From contig CAVZYA010000001.1 in the NCBI GenBank assembly GCA_963779415.1, forward strand, positions 1,760,001-1,824,000: a stretch of DNA of 64,000 bases, given 5' to 3'. The DNA is from an uncultured Acidobacteriota bacterium. Its GTDB lineage: Bacteria; Acidobacteriota; Thermoanaerobaculia; UBA5066. Shown piece after piece: positions 32,622 through 42,842 of the stretch; within the stretch, counting starts at the first letter, position 1; every line of letters begins with the position of its first letter. The notes under the pieces were generated by a model. That model was not told the DNA's origin, did no database searches, and saw nothing but the letters and a program-made list of their open reading frames with translations. The translations under genes and the position numbers were made by a program.

Positions 32622-33337
32622 CAGAAGTTGATCACCACCATCTGGACGGTCCATGCGGGCGAGATCCGGAGCTCGAACCCGTGTCCCGGCGTGAGGCTCC
32701 CCGAAGCCATCTCGGGGAGCGTGAGCGGGAACGTGGCCGCGGCCGTGTTCTGCGGACGGGCCGTCGTCGAGAAGTCGCTCACCGCGCGGCCGAACGTGTC
32801 GCAGGCGAGGAGATGATCCACCGTGACGTCCGTGGAGGCCGAGGACCAGTTCGCGGCGGCGATCTGACCCGCGACGGTCGTCGAGAGCGAGAGCGCCGTG
32901 AGATCGAGCGTGTGCTCCTCGACGAGCGTGTCCTTGGTCGGGTCTACCGTCCCGTAGGGGGGCATGACGAGGGTGCCGGGGGGATTCCCGACCGGATCGC
33001 CGTTCGGATCGTCCGCCCAGAGCTGGATGACCGTGGCCCCGCCGGCCGTGGCGCTGCCGATCCGGAGGAACATCATCGCGCCCCGACGCTGGGATTCGAG
33101 GTACGCGCGCGTCGTCATGATCTGGATCGTCTGCGCCATGGAACTCAGGGCGTTTCGCCGGAGGAGCCGTCTCGCCTGGATTCCCGCGATCGTCAGGGTG
33201 ATTCCCAGGATCACGAGCACGATGAGAAGCTCGATGAGCGAGAACCCGCGCTTCGCGGAGCGACGCCTGACGGCTCGGTGGGTTCGCATCGGATGGACCG
33301 GCGGGAGATTAGCGAGTCTCATGCCGCGATTCGTCAT
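32621..33337 (-). CDS. FimT/FimU (GspH)-like minor pilin
   Basis: KRG|FSLIELLIVLVILGI...TTRAYLESQRRG; first gene of the minor pilin operon; start at 33337 or 33289. Confidence 0.78.
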   Translation of the reverse strand: MTNRGMRLANLPPVHPMRTHRAVRRRSAKRGFSLIELLIVLVILGITLTIAGIQARRLLRRNALSSMAQTIQIMTTRAYLESQRRGAMMFLRIGSATAGGATVIQLWADDPNGDPVGNPPGTLVMPPYGTVDPTKDTLVEEHTLDLTALSLSTTVAGQIAAANWSSASTDVTVDHLLACDTFGRAVSDFSTTARPQNTAAATFPLTLPEMASGSLTPGHGFELRISPAWTVQMVVINF

Positions 33338-33496
33338 TCCCCGGAAGCGATTCTCCCTCAAAAGCTTGCCGGGCGGGAAGCCCGCGCGGCTGCACCCGCG
33401 AGCCGGGGCAAGGCGACACCTTTCGTAACAGCGGCGGGCGCGGCGATCGCTGCGAACTCCCGCGCCCCGTCGGCTACCATAGCCGCGGAGAGGGAC

Positions 33497-36016
33497 GTGG
33501 TCCTCGAAAAGATCCGGAAAGGCCTCCGGAGCGAGCCTCCCTGGCTCACGCAGCTGCGTGAGCATCGCTGGAGCTCCGACGCCCAGCGAAAGGAGCTTCT
33601 CGACCGCTTCTCCTCGCAGCACGATCCCGACGTCGAGTGGGTGATCTGGACCGCCCTCGATCCGAATCCCGATCTCCGCGCGGCCGGGATCGCCCTCTTG
33701 AAGAAGCGGAGAGACCGGGAGGCGTATCCCGCAATCGCCTCGCTCCTTCACACGAAGTCGGACGCGGTCCGCCGCGCCGTCCTCCGTTTCATCAGGGATC
33801 TCGCCGGGGCCGAGCTCCCGGGCGTTCTCCTCGAGCTTGCCACCACGGGAGACGACCGTACCCGCCTCGCGACGCTCGAGCTGTCGGCCGGGTCGAGCGG
33901 CGAGGTCGCCTTCGAGGTCGCGCGTCGGACGATCCAGTCTCCGTCCCCCGCCGTCCGGGCGGGCGCGCTCCGGCTCGTCAGCGAGACGAACTTCCCCGGA
34001 GGCTCCGCCTCGGCGGCCCGCCTCGCCGTCCCGCTCCTCCAGGACGAGAACAGCGAGATCCGCCTCGCCGCCCTCGCCGTCCTCGAGCGCCACCCGAGCG
34101 AATCGACCTTCCCCGACCTTCTCCAGATGGCGCGAACGGGCGACGAACGCGTCATGCACGCGGCGTTCGGCGCTCTCCTGCGCCTCATTCCGAACGCGAA
34201 GGCGGACCACACGCCCGAGATCGTGCCTCTTCTGTCGGACGGGCTCCCGGCCGTCCGGGCGGGCGCCATCACCCTCCTCCAGGGCGCCGCCCCGGCCATC
34301 GTGGGCCGCCGTTTCGTCGAGCATTTCCACGGCGCCTTCGTCTGGGTCCGGGACCGCGCCCTCGACACGACCCGGGAAGGGCTCCCGGAGTTCGCGCCGG
34401 CGCTCATCGCCCTCTGCGAGGATCCGGACGGGACTCTCGCGAAGGCCGCGAGCGAGATGTCGCTGGCGCTCGAGGACCCGCGCGCGATCCCGGTCTGGCT
34501 TCGCCTCGTGGACGATCCGGACTACTGGGTCCGCGCCCGCGCGATCGAGCTTCTCGGCCAGAACGGGCATGGCCGCCCGGAGGTGCTGCCGAAGCTCCTC
34601 GTCGCCCTCGACGTGCCGGAGATCGCGATCCCGGCGGCCGCGGCCCTCGGAGAGATGGGGGATCCGCGGGCGGCCGGGCCGCTCCTCGAGGCGTTCAAGA
34701 AAGCGCAGGCGAGGGCCGACCTTCAGGTCGAGCTGATCGAGGCGATGGGGACTCTCGCCCGGGTGGAGCCCCGGATCGTTCCCCTCCTCGGCAAGATCGC
34801 GCAGACGCCGCAGATCGACGCCAAGGTGCGCGAAAAGGCACGCCGGACGGTGGAGCTGGCCCAGTCCGCGGCCGAAGGGGCCTCGGCGTCGATCGAGGAC
34901 GACGAGGAAGGTCCGGAGCTTCCCCGGGCCGAAGGGGAGGAGGCCGGGCTGAAGCAGATGCTCTCCGATGCCGTACGGGCCGGCGCCTCCGATTTCCACC
35001 TCGCGACCGGCTTCGTCCCGCACCGCCGCGTCCAGGGGCGGCTCGAGCCGGTCGACATTCCCACGGTGACCCGGAAGAGAGCGCAGATCCTCGTCAAGGA
35101 GATGCTCTCCGACGCCGAGTGGAAGCAGCTCGAGGAGGAGCGCCACCTCGACGTCGCCCTCCGGATCCCGCGCGTCGGACGGTTCCGGGCGAACTTCTTC
35201 TCGCAGCGGAGCGGTTTCGACGCGGCGTTCCGGGTGATCTCCCGCGTCATCCCGAAGCTCGAGGACCTCGGGCTGCCGCCGTCGGTGGTGGACCTTCTCC
35301 GGATGACGCAGGGGCTCGTCCTCGTGACGGGCCCGGCCGGGTGCGGCAAGTCGACGACGCTGGCGGCCATGATCGACCGTCTCAACGAGACCCGCCCCTG
35401 CCACATCATCACGATCGAGGACCCGGTCGAATACGTCCACCTCCCGAAGCTCGCTCTCGTCAACCAGCGGCAGGTCCCCCGCGACACGGCGTCCTTCGCG
35501 CGCGCGCTCCGGGCAGCGCTCCGTGAGGATCCGGACGTCATCATGGTCGGGGAGCTGCGCGACCTCGAGACGATCTCGCTCGCCGTCACGGCCTCCGAGA
35601 CGGGACACCTCGTCTTCGGGACGCTCCACACGTCCCACTCGGCGGCCACGATCGACCGGATCATCAGCTCCTTCCCGCCGGGGCAGCAGGGCCAGATCCG
35701 CGTCATGCTCGCGGATTCGCTGAAGGCCGTGATCTCACAGGTCCTCCTCCCTCGCCGGGACGAGCGCGGTCGGGTGGCCGCCTTCGAGATCCTCCGGACG
35801 ACGCAGGCCGTCGCGGCCCTGATCCGCGACGGAAAGACGTTCCAGATCCCCTCGATCGTCCAGACCGGGAAGCTCCACGGAATGCAGACGATGGACCAGG
35901 CGCTTCTTCAGCTCTGCGAGGCCGAGCTGATCGAGCCGGAGCTCGCGCTCGAGAAGGCGCTCAAGGCCGAGCTCTTCGAGGGGCTCGTCGCCGAGCGCCG
36001 GCGGGAGCTCGAATGA
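33497..36016 (+). CDS. HEAT-repeat domain fused to a PilT-family retraction ATPase (839 aa)
   Basis: GTG after GGAGAGG. About 460 aa of HEAT/PBS repeats (DPNPDLRAAG, SPSPAVRAGA, DENSEIRLAA, DPDYWVRARA), then [49 protein letters not shown] and GMQTMDQ. Confidence 0.88.
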   Translation: MVLEKIRKGLRSEPPWLTQLREHRWSSDAQRKELLDRFSSQHDPDVEWVIWTALDPNPDLRAAGIALLKKRRDREAYPAIASLLHTKSDAVRRAVLRFIRDLAGAELPGVLLELATTGDDRTRLATLELSAGSSGEVAFEVARRTIQSPSPAVRAGALRLVSETNFPGGSASAARLAVPLLQDENSEIRLAALAVLERHPSESTFPDLLQMARTGDERVMHAAFGALLRLIPNAKADHTPEIVPLLSDGLPAVRAGAITLLQGAAPAIVGRRFVEHFHGAFVWVRDRALDTTREGLPEFAPALIALCEDPDGTLAKAASEMSLALEDPRAIPVWLRLVDDPDYWVRARAIELLGQNGHGRPEVLPKLLVALDVPEIAIPAAAALGEMGDPRAAGPLLEAFKKAQARADLQVELIEAMGTLARVEPRIVPLLGKIAQTPQIDAKVREKARRTVELAQSAAEGASASIEDDEEGPELPRAEGEEAGLKQMLSDAVRAGASDFHLATGFVPHRRVQGRLEPVDIPTVTRKRAQILVKEMLSDAEWKQLEEERHLDVALRIPRVGRFRANFFSQRSGFDAAFRVISRVIPKLEDLGLPPSVVDLLRMTQGLVLVTGPAGCGKSTTLAAMIDRLNETRPCHIITIEDPVEYVHLPKLALVNQRQVPRDTASFARALRAALREDPDVIMVGELRDLETISLAVTASETGHLVFGTLHTSHSAATIDRIISSFPPGQQGQIRVMLADSLKAVISQVLLPRRDERGRVAAFEILRTTQAVAALIRDGKTFQIPSIVQTGKLHGMQTMDQALLQLCEAELIEPELALEKALKAELFEGLVAERRRELE

Positions 36017-37143
36017 GCAGTCAGCCCGGATCCGGCCTCTTCCCCGGCGGTGCCGCGCACCGGCGGATCGACACCCTCCTCCGCCTCGTCGTCAGCAAGA
36101 AGGCCTCCGACCTCCACCTCGCCGTAGGCCGCACGCCGATGATCCGGATGGACGGCGACCTCGAGAAGCTCAAGTGGCGGGTCCTGACCGAGGAGGAGTT
36201 CGACGCCTTCGTCGCCCCGATCACGCCGCCGCGGCTCTACGACCGGTGGAAGGAGACGGGCGACACGGACTTCGCCTACTCGCTCGGCAACGTCGCCCGG
36301 TTCCGCGTCAATCTCTTCCGCCAGGAGCTCGGCTCCGGCGCCGTCCTCCGGCTCGTTCCGCCACGGGTCCTCACGATCGAGGACCTCGGCCTCCCGTCGC
36401 TCGTCTCGTCCATCTCGCGGGTGACGCGCGGCCTCGTCCTCGTCACCGGCCCGACCGGGTCGGGCAAATCGACGACGCTCGCCGCGGTCGTCGACTGGAT
36501 CAACCGGAACCATGCGCGTCACATCGTGACGATCGAAGACCCCGTCGAGTTCATCCACACGCCGCACAAATCGCTGATCTCGCACCGGGAGCTCGGGTTC
36601 GACACTCCCGATTTCGCCGGCGCCCTGAAGGCCGCGCTCCGCGAGGATCCGGACGTCGTCCTCGTCGGCGAGCTTCGGGACCTCGAGACGATGAGCCTCG
36701 CCCTGCAGGCCGCGGAGACCGGCCTTCTCGTCTTCGGCACCCTTCACACGAACTCCGCGGCGAAGGCGATCGACCGCCTCATCGACAGCTTCCCGGCCGC
36801 CGAGCAGGAACAGGCGCGCACCGTCCTGGCCGAGGTGCTGCGCGCCGTCGTCGCGCAGGTCCTCCTGAAGCGCAAGAGGGGCGGCCGCGTCCCGGCCTTC
36901 GAGGTCCTCCGGTGGTCTCCCGCGCTCGCCAACAGCATCCGCGAGGGGAAGACGGCGATGATCACGACGCTCATCCAGACCGGGCGCAGCGCCGGGATGG
37001 TGTCGCTCGACCAGTCGCTCGCCGATCTCGTCGTGGAGGACGTCGTCGCCTACGACGAGGCTTTCGAGAAGGCTCTCGAGAAGGACGGTTTCAAGGCTCT
37101 CGTCGAGAAGCGCCGGGGCGGCGCCTCCCCGCCCGGACACTAG
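36013..37143 (+). CDS. pilT: Type IV pilus retraction ATPase PilT
   Basis: [48 protein letters not shown] and [10 protein letters not shown] motifs. Confidence 0.92.
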   Translation: MSSQPGSGLFPGGAAHRRIDTLLRLVVSKKASDLHLAVGRTPMIRMDGDLEKLKWRVLTEEEFDAFVAPITPPRLYDRWKETGDTDFAYSLGNVARFRVNLFRQELGSGAVLRLVPPRVLTIEDLGLPSLVSSISRVTRGLVLVTGPTGSGKSTTLAAVVDWINRNHARHIVTIEDPVEFIHTPHKSLISHRELGFDTPDFAGALKAALREDPDVVLVGELRDLETMSLALQAAETGLLVFGTLHTNSAAKAIDRLIDSFPAAEQEQARTVLAEVLRAVVAQVLLKRKRGGRVPAFEVLRWSPALANSIREGKTAMITTLIQTGRSAGMVSLDQSLADLVVEDVVAYDEAFEKALEKDGFKALVEKRRGGASPPGH

Positions 37144-38621
37144 GGAGACGGTGGGGGCGGCGTCCGGGGAACCGAGAGGACGAACCGCGCCCCACCGAGC
37201 GAGGCGGAGCGCCCCACGGAGACTTCGCCGGCGTGGAGCCCGACGATCTTCGCGACGAGCGCGAGGCCGAGGCCGGTGCCGGACTCCTTCGTCGAGAAGA
37301 ACGGCGTGAAGAGGTTCGGGAGGACCTCCGGCGGCACGCCCGGGCCGTCGTCCTCGACGGCCACCCGGAGCGTCCCTTCCGGGCCCGTCTCGCCGCGAAG
37401 CAGAACGCGGCCCGCGGCGGCCTCGCCGGCGTTGCGGAGGAGGTTGACCAGCGCGCGTCGGAAGAGGGCGGCGTCGATCGTAGCCCGCCCGAACTCCCCT
37501 TCGACCGCGATCCCGACCGGCGGCGTCACGACCGGCGGCTCCGCGGCGATCTCCGCGACGAGCGCGCCGACGTCGGTCGGCGCGGCGTCGAGCCGCTCGG
37601 GGCGCGCGAAGAAGAGGAAATCGCCCGTGACGCGCGCGACATGCTCGGCCTCGGCTCCGACCGCGGCGAGGTGCCGGGACCGGGCCGCGGGATCGTCCGT
37701 CTGGGAGGCGAGCCGGACGTAGCCGAGGATCGTCCCGGTCGCGTTGCGAAACTCGTGGGCGATCCCGGCGGACATCTCCCCGAGCCGGGCCAGCTCGCGC
37801 TGGGAGGAGAGCTCGCGCTCGAGCCGCGTCGTCGAGAGGACGAGCGACTCCGCACGGACGGCGAGCTCGTCCGCCCGCCGCTTCTCGCGCTGCCGCAGCT
37901 CCTCCAGCTCGGCACTCAGGACTTTCAGCTCTTCGATCGTCCGCTGGAACGTCGCGATCGCCCGTTCGGTCTCGTCCCCCGAGGAAGGCTCGCCCGGGAC
38001 GACGACGCCCGCGTCGCGCGCCGTCTCCGTCAGCGCGTCGATCGGACGCATGAACCTCCGGAAGAACGGAAAAACGAGGAGGACGAGGAGGAGCGAGGCG
38101 AGCGGGACGATCCACGACACGATGAGGACGTTCCGGCGCGCGGCGGCCCGGGCCGAGCCGTCGTACACGACGCGAACGATCTGGTGTCCGCCCGTGAGCG
38201 ACACGAAGACGACCACTCGCGCCGCCCCGGGACGGGACTCTTCCTCGACGAGCGCCCCGCCGTCACGCGGGCGCGCCGGAGCCGGGAGCTTCGCCGGCGA
38301 GAGTCCGGCTTCGGGGAGAAACGTCGCCTCGGCGAGGCGGCTTCCGGCGTCGTCGTAGACGGCGGCCCCGAGGGCCTCCACGTCCCGGAGGACCAAAGCC
38401 ACGGCCGCGTCGGCTCCGAGCGCGACCGTCGGGTTTCCGCCGCGCTCCAGCCGTTCGGCCACGCGTCGCGTACGGGAGACGGCCGCGGCCCGGCTCTCGC
38501 CGATTCCCCACGAAGCGACGTTGCGGAGAACGACGAGCGACAGCGCGGCGAGGAAGAGGAGGAAGAGGACGCCGCCGACCACGGCAAGGCGGACCTGCCG
38601 CTCGAACGAGCCGACCCTCAA
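37140..38621 (-). CDS. Membrane sensor histidine kinase (NtrB/PilS-like)
   Basis: TTG start overlapping the pilD stop; two TMs and a HAMP-like region; H-box [15 protein letters not shown]-box [20 protein letters not shown] and GTGLGL. Confidence 0.9.
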   Translation of the reverse strand: MRVGSFERQVRLAVVGGVLFLLFLAALSLVVLRNVASWGIGESRAAAVSRTRRVAERLERGGNPTVALGADAAVALVLRDVEALGAAVYDDAGSRLAEATFLPEAGLSPAKLPAPARPRDGGALVEEESRPGAARVVVFVSLTGGHQIVRVVYDGSARAAARRNVLIVSWIVPLASLLLVLLVFPFFRRFMRPIDALTETARDAGVVVPGEPSSGDETERAIATFQRTIEELKVLSAELEELRQREKRRADELAVRAESLVLSTTRLERELSSQRELARLGEMSAGIAHEFRNATGTILGYVRLASQTDDPAARSRHLAAVGAEAEHVARVTGDFLFFARPERLDAAPTDVGALVAEIAAEPPVVTPPVGIAVEGEFGRATIDAALFRRALVNLLRNAGEAAAGRVLLRGETGPEGTLRVAVEDDGPGVPPEVLPNLFTPFFSTKESGTGLGLALVAKIVGLHAGEVSVGRSASLGGARFVLSVPRTPPPPSP

Positions 38622-39779
38622 GGCAGAAGCCTCGACGGGGACGGAACGGGGAGCCCCGACAGAAAGAGAAGGAAGCGCCCCGCCGCAAAGCTGACGAGAG
38701 CGCCCACCGCGAGGAATACGCCGAAGGGGATGTCGGCCCGGTCCAAAAGGACGAGGCAGGCGTCGCCCGCGCCGATCGCGCGAGCCGAGAAGACCCGGAA
38801 GAAGGCGTCGCCGTCGTCCACGACGAGCCGGCCGACGTCCAGCGGGGCCGGCGATCCGGCGCGCCGGCGCGCGAGGCGTGCCACGGCCACGACGGGCCGC
38901 GCGGTACGCGACGACCCGCGCAGCGGCTCCCCCTCCCTCGCCGCCCCCGGAATCCCGTTCCAGTCCGGACCGGAGGCTTCGATCCGGCCGTCGGCCGCGA
39001 CGAGAAGGCCCTGACGGCGCGCGGCGGCCGCGGCGGCGCCGGGATCGCGCGCCACCTCGCCGGCCACCCGGCGCCACGAAAGGCGCCGGACCACCGCCGC
39101 CGCCAGGCCGGTGACGCTCCCGCAGAGAGATCCGACGAAGATCGCGAGCAGCACTCCGGCGACGCCGGTGAAGGCCCCCACCATCGCGATCATCTTCACA
39201 TCCCCCAGACCAAGGCCCTCCGCGCCCCGGAGACGCTCGTAGGCGGCTCTCACGGCGAAGAGGAGTCCTGCGCCGAGGGCCGCTCCGAGGAGCGCATCGG
39301 CGGTCCGGCCCGAAGCGAAGGAGCCGCCGGTTCCCCGCGCGAGATCTTCCCCCGCGGCGAGAAGAAGCGCGACGACGAGGCCGCCCAGCGTCACCTCGTC
39401 CGGAAGGATCCGGTCGGAGAGGTCCGTCCCGACGAGCAGAACGGACGCCGCGGCAAGAAGGGCTCCGCGAAGCGCGTCGAAGCCCGGCCCCCAGATCAGA
39501 GCCGCACCGAGAAAAAGGAGCGCCGTGGCGGCTTCGACGAGCGGGTAGCGGGGAGAGATCGGCGAGAGGCAGCTTCGGCATCGGCCGCCGAGAAGGAGAA
39601 AGGAGACGACCGGAATGTTGTCGTAAAACGCGATTCGCCCGTTGCAGGTCGGGCAGTGCGATCGGGGGCGAGACCACCGACTCGCCGCGCGGAAGACGAT
39701 GGATGCAGACGTTCGCGAAGGACCCGACGACGGCGCCCAGCGCGGCGGAGAAGAACAGGAAGAGCGCGAGCGCGCTCAC
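38618..39779 (-). CDS. pilD: Prepilin peptidase/N-methyltransferase PilD, frameshifted at a G5 run (39664-39668), with a C-terminal insertion
   Basis: [12 protein letters not shown] in one frame; RSHCPTC...[45 protein letters not shown] and IPFGVFL in the next frame. Confidence 0.88.
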
Positions 39780-41995
39780 GGACGCCCCGGAGCCGGAGGT
39801 CCCCCGGCAAGGACGGCGGCGACGAGGATCAGGAGCGAGATACCGGAGAGCGCGAGGCCGGGCTTGTAGAGAGGGGGCTCGTACGAGAGGGAGAGGCGAT
39901 GTTCCCCCCCCGGAACGAGAGCCCCGAGAAAGGCGATGTCGACGCGGAGAGGCGTGACCGGAAGGTCGTCGATCCGGATTCGCCATCCCGGGTCGAAGCT
40001 CCGGGTCAGGACGACGAGACCCCCTTCCGAGGCCGAGATCGCGATCTCCCCCCGCTCCGGGTCGTCGCGGAGGACGCGGGCGAGGGCGAAGCCGCGGAGC
40101 GTCCGCCGCGGCGGGAGAGGAACGGGAGAAGAATCCAGATAGGCGATCTCCTCGGGCTCGAAGCCCTTCTGGCGGAGCGCCTCGAAGGCCACGTCGTCGC
40201 CCGCCACGATCGCCTCGCGGGGAAAGAAGATCCGGCCCATCCCCGAGGGGAGACGGTAACGAAAGACGCCGCCGGAGGCCGCCACGAGCCAGGCCCCGGG
40301 GATGGTCGTCGGGAGGGGCGTGACGAGCTCGCGAACGTCCGCAAGGGCGAGGAGGGTCCGCGGGTTTCCGCCCGCGAGGGCGGCGCCGAGAAGTCGCGCG
40401 CGCCTCGGGTCGTCGAGCGGTGACGCCGTCCCCGCCGTCGCGATTCCGAGCGGGAGGTTTCCGTACCCCGCGAGCGCGTCGTGAAGCCTCCGCACCGTCT
40501 CCTCCGAGAAGCGGCGCCCCCCCTTCGCGAGCCACTGGGAGAGGAGCGGTCCGTCGTGGACGGCCACGAAGAGACGCCCCGGCGCGGTCCCGGTGCGCCC
40601 GGCGAGGACGGGCGGAACCCGGACGAGATCCGCCGCCGGGACCGATGCGAGCGCGTCGGAAGAGAACCAGAGGAGCGGCCCCGCGAGGACGGCGAGGAAG
40701 GCCGCCTCGGCGGAGGGCCTCCGTGTGAGAAGGCCGATGCCGGCCGCAGCCGAGAGGAGCGCGGCGGCCGCCCGGAGCGCGCCGTCGCCCCGAAGCCTCG
40801 AGGGCTCGAGAAGGGCGACGACCGAGAACGCCCCGAGAACGACGGCCGCCCCGACGGCGAGGGTGCGACGCCGCGCCGGCAGGCTCGCCCGGAGAGCGTC
40901 GACGCCCGCGCCCGCCAGCGACGCGAGGACGAGATGCGTCATGACGAACCATCGGGCGGGGAATCGGGTTCCCCGAAGCGGGCCCTCGCCGACGAGAAGC
41001 GGCGCGAGCCCGCCTCGCGCGCCGAGGGCGAGAAGGAGCCCGACGGCCGCGATGCCGAGCAGAACGAGGCCTTCGCGGTCCCCCTTCAGGCCGGGAGCGC
41101 CGGCCACCGCGAGGAGGAGCGCAAGCGGCCCGAGGGCCAGCGTCACGAGATACGAGCCGCGCCCGGCCCCTCCCGCTCGGGTCATCCCCTCAGGCGGGGG
41201 GACGACGAGATCCGAAAGGTCGGAGAGGCCCACCGGCCGGCGAAGCGCCTCTTTCTCCGTCAGCCCGGTCAGGCGCCCCGACTGGCGAAGCTGGACGGCG
41301 AAGGGGAGAGCCACGGCGGAGGTGAGCCCGGCCGCGAGGAGAGCGCCCGCGACGAGGCGAGCCGCCGCGCGGAGGGAAGGCCTCGCTCCGGACGGCCCGC
41401 CCGAGGCCAGGGCCGCGGCCGCCGCCGCGATCGCTCCTCCGGCGGCGAGCGCCGGCTCTCCGGCGAGGAACGCGAGCGCGGACGCTCCGGCGAAGGTCGC
41501 GATCCCCTCCCCTCGTGCCGCCCGGAGAGCGCCGAGGAAGATCCACGGGAGAAAGGACGCCGTCGCGAAGTTGGCGTAGACGGGAACGAGCGACAGGAAC
41601 GCCCCGCCGGCGACGAAGACGGCGGCGCCCGAGAGCGCGGCGAGGCGCGAGCGGCCTTGCGCGGTGAGCCACGCCGCCATTCCCGTCGCCGCGACGAGGA
41701 GGTGGAGCGCGATGGCGACGTGCGGGCCGAGGGGCCATGGGAGGAGGAACGGGGCATCCCCCGGATAGAGGACGCCGGTCTGAAGGCGCGCGAGCCACGG
41801 CTCGCCGCAGCCCGACAGCGGGTTCCAGAGCGGCGGCGCGCCCGCGCGCCACCGCTCGGCCGTGTACGCCTTCATCGGCCAGAAGAAATCGGCGAGGTCC
41901 CCCCGCGCGGGGACGCGGGAGGTCAGAAGCATCGGGAGGAGCGCCGCCGCCGAAAGGGAGAGCCCGAGGAGCGCCGCCGCCGCGCGAACTTTCAT
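39776..41995 (-). CDS. YfhO-family polytopic membrane protein (putative GT-C glycosyltransferase)
   Basis: [44 protein letters not shown] and [13 protein letters not shown] motifs; multiple TMs. Confidence 0.8.
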   Translation of the reverse strand: MKVRAAAALLGLSLSAAALLPMLLTSRVPARGDLADFFWPMKAYTAERWRAGAPPLWNPLSGCGEPWLARLQTGVLYPGDAPFLLPWPLGPHVAIALHLLVAATGMAAWLTAQGRSRLAALSGAAVFVAGGAFLSLVPVYANFATASFLPWIFLGALRAARGEGIATFAGASALAFLAGEPALAAGGAIAAAAAALASGGPSGARPSLRAAARLVAGALLAAGLTSAVALPFAVQLRQSGRLTGLTEKEALRRPVGLSDLSDLVVPPPEGMTRAGGAGRGSYLVTLALGPLALLLAVAGAPGLKGDREGLVLLGIAAVGLLLALGARGGLAPLLVGEGPLRGTRFPARWFVMTHLVLASLAGAGVDALRASLPARRRTLAVGAAVVLGAFSVVALLEPSRLRGDGALRAAAALLSAAAGIGLLTRRPSAEAAFLAVLAGPLLWFSSDALASVPAADLVRVPPVLAGRTGTAPGRLFVAVHDGPLLSQWLAKGGRRFSEETVRRLHDALAGYGNLPLGIATAGTASPLDDPRRARLLGAALAGGNPRTLLALADVRELVTPLPTTIPGAWLVAASGGVFRYRLPSGMGRIFFPREAIVAGDDVAFEALRQKGFEPEEIAYLDSSPVPLPPRRTLRGFALARVLRDDPERGEIAISASEGGLVVLTRSFDPGWRIRIDDLPVTPLRVDIAFLGALVPGGEHRLSLSYEPPLYKPGLALSGISLLILVAAVLAGGPPAPGRP

Positions 41996-42076
41996 CTCCG
42001 AACGCGCGGAAGCCGCGCCCTTTCGATCCTCTCTCCCGATGACGGCATCGGCTTCATTCTACGGAGGGCCGAAACC

Positions 42077-42108
42077 AAAAAAAGGGCCCCGCGTCTGCGG
42101 GGCCCTTT
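42077..42108 (-). terminator. Rho-independent terminator downstream of the major pilin gene
   Basis: gggccccgc-gtct-gcggggccc stem; A7 on + reads as U7 on the minus-strand transcript. Confidence 0.85.
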
Positions 42109-42154
42109 CCGGGAATTCGGTAATCGCGCTGCGTTTCGCGATCTTCTCTCCCTG

Positions 42155-42658
42155 TTACTGCTGCGTTCCTTCCGGATACGCGATGAACTGGCCGTCGGCG
42201 AAGATGATGTCGAGGTTGAACATGGTCGTTGGGCCGAGCTCCGGGCTCGCATCGATCGTGCCGTCCTTCCCGGTCGAGGCGAGGACGTAGTCGAGCTTCA
42301 CCGAGTTCGTCCCGTAGTGGAAGTACGAGTTCCAGCCGTCCTTCATTGGCATCGTCCGGATGTACGTCGGAGACAGGGCGAGGGCCGCCGATCCACCGAT
42401 CGTCGTGTCCGGAACTGCCGTGATGCCCGACGGCCAGATGTACGAGCCGGCGGCGGCGGGATACTTGTTGTAGTCGACGGCATAGGCCTCGAGGGCCGTC
42501 CCGATCGACCGCATGTCCGCCATCGTCCTCTTCTGCTTGGCGCGCTGGATGGCGTTGAGCAGGTTCGGGATCGCGATGGCGACGATGATGCCGATGATGG
42601 CGACGACGATGAGGAGCTCGATGAGGGTGAAGCCTCTCTTGTCCCTTCTGATTCGCAT
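42155..42658 (-). CDS. Probable major type IV pilin / GspG-like pseudopilin
   Basis: AAGGAGG RBS; MRIRRDKRG|FTLIELLIVVAIIGIIVAIAIPNLL; DGWNSYFHY; has its own candidate promoter and terminator. Confidence 0.88.
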   Translation of the reverse strand: MRIRRDKRGFTLIELLIVVAIIGIIVAIAIPNLLNAIQRAKQKRTMADMRSIGTALEAYAVDYNKYPAAAGSYIWPSGITAVPDTTIGGSAALALSPTYIRTMPMKDGWNSYFHYGTNSVKLDYVLASTGKDGTIDASPELGPTTMFNLDIIFADGQFIAYPEGTQQ

Positions 42659-42684
42659 CTGTTTGCCTCCTTGCCTGTGCGCAA

Positions 42685-42699
42685 TCAACATCTGTGCCA
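42685..42699 (-). promoter_or_regulatory. Candidate sigma-54 promoter of the major pilin
   Basis: Minus-strand TGGCAC-AGATG-TTGA (consensus TGGCAC-N5-TTGC, one mismatch at -12), preceded by an AT-rich stretch at 42710-42775. Confidence 0.55.
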
Positions 42700-42842
42700 C
42701 GAGACGAAGATGTTCTTTTGCAATAGATTAAGTAGCCACGCTGATTCTGCTCGAAAACGAACGACAATTTTTGTCGGTCCACTCGGGTCGCAACTCTCAG
42801 GGTTTGTCGCCGCCGAGCGCCGGGGGGACGGGCCTCTGGAGG

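Noticed and set aside
33340-33496. Riboswitch or ncRNA in the fimT / HEAT-pilT divergent intergenic region
   Set aside because: No recognisable c-di-GMP or other riboswitch consensus; only a possible -10 element (TACCAT, 33475-80). An Infernal/Rfam scan would be needed.
37140-40952. 1270-aa ORF as one giant sensor kinase
   Set aside because: Only 37140-38621 is kinase; the upstream part is an off-frame read of yfhO and pilD that includes the first ~39 codons of the frameshifted pilD.
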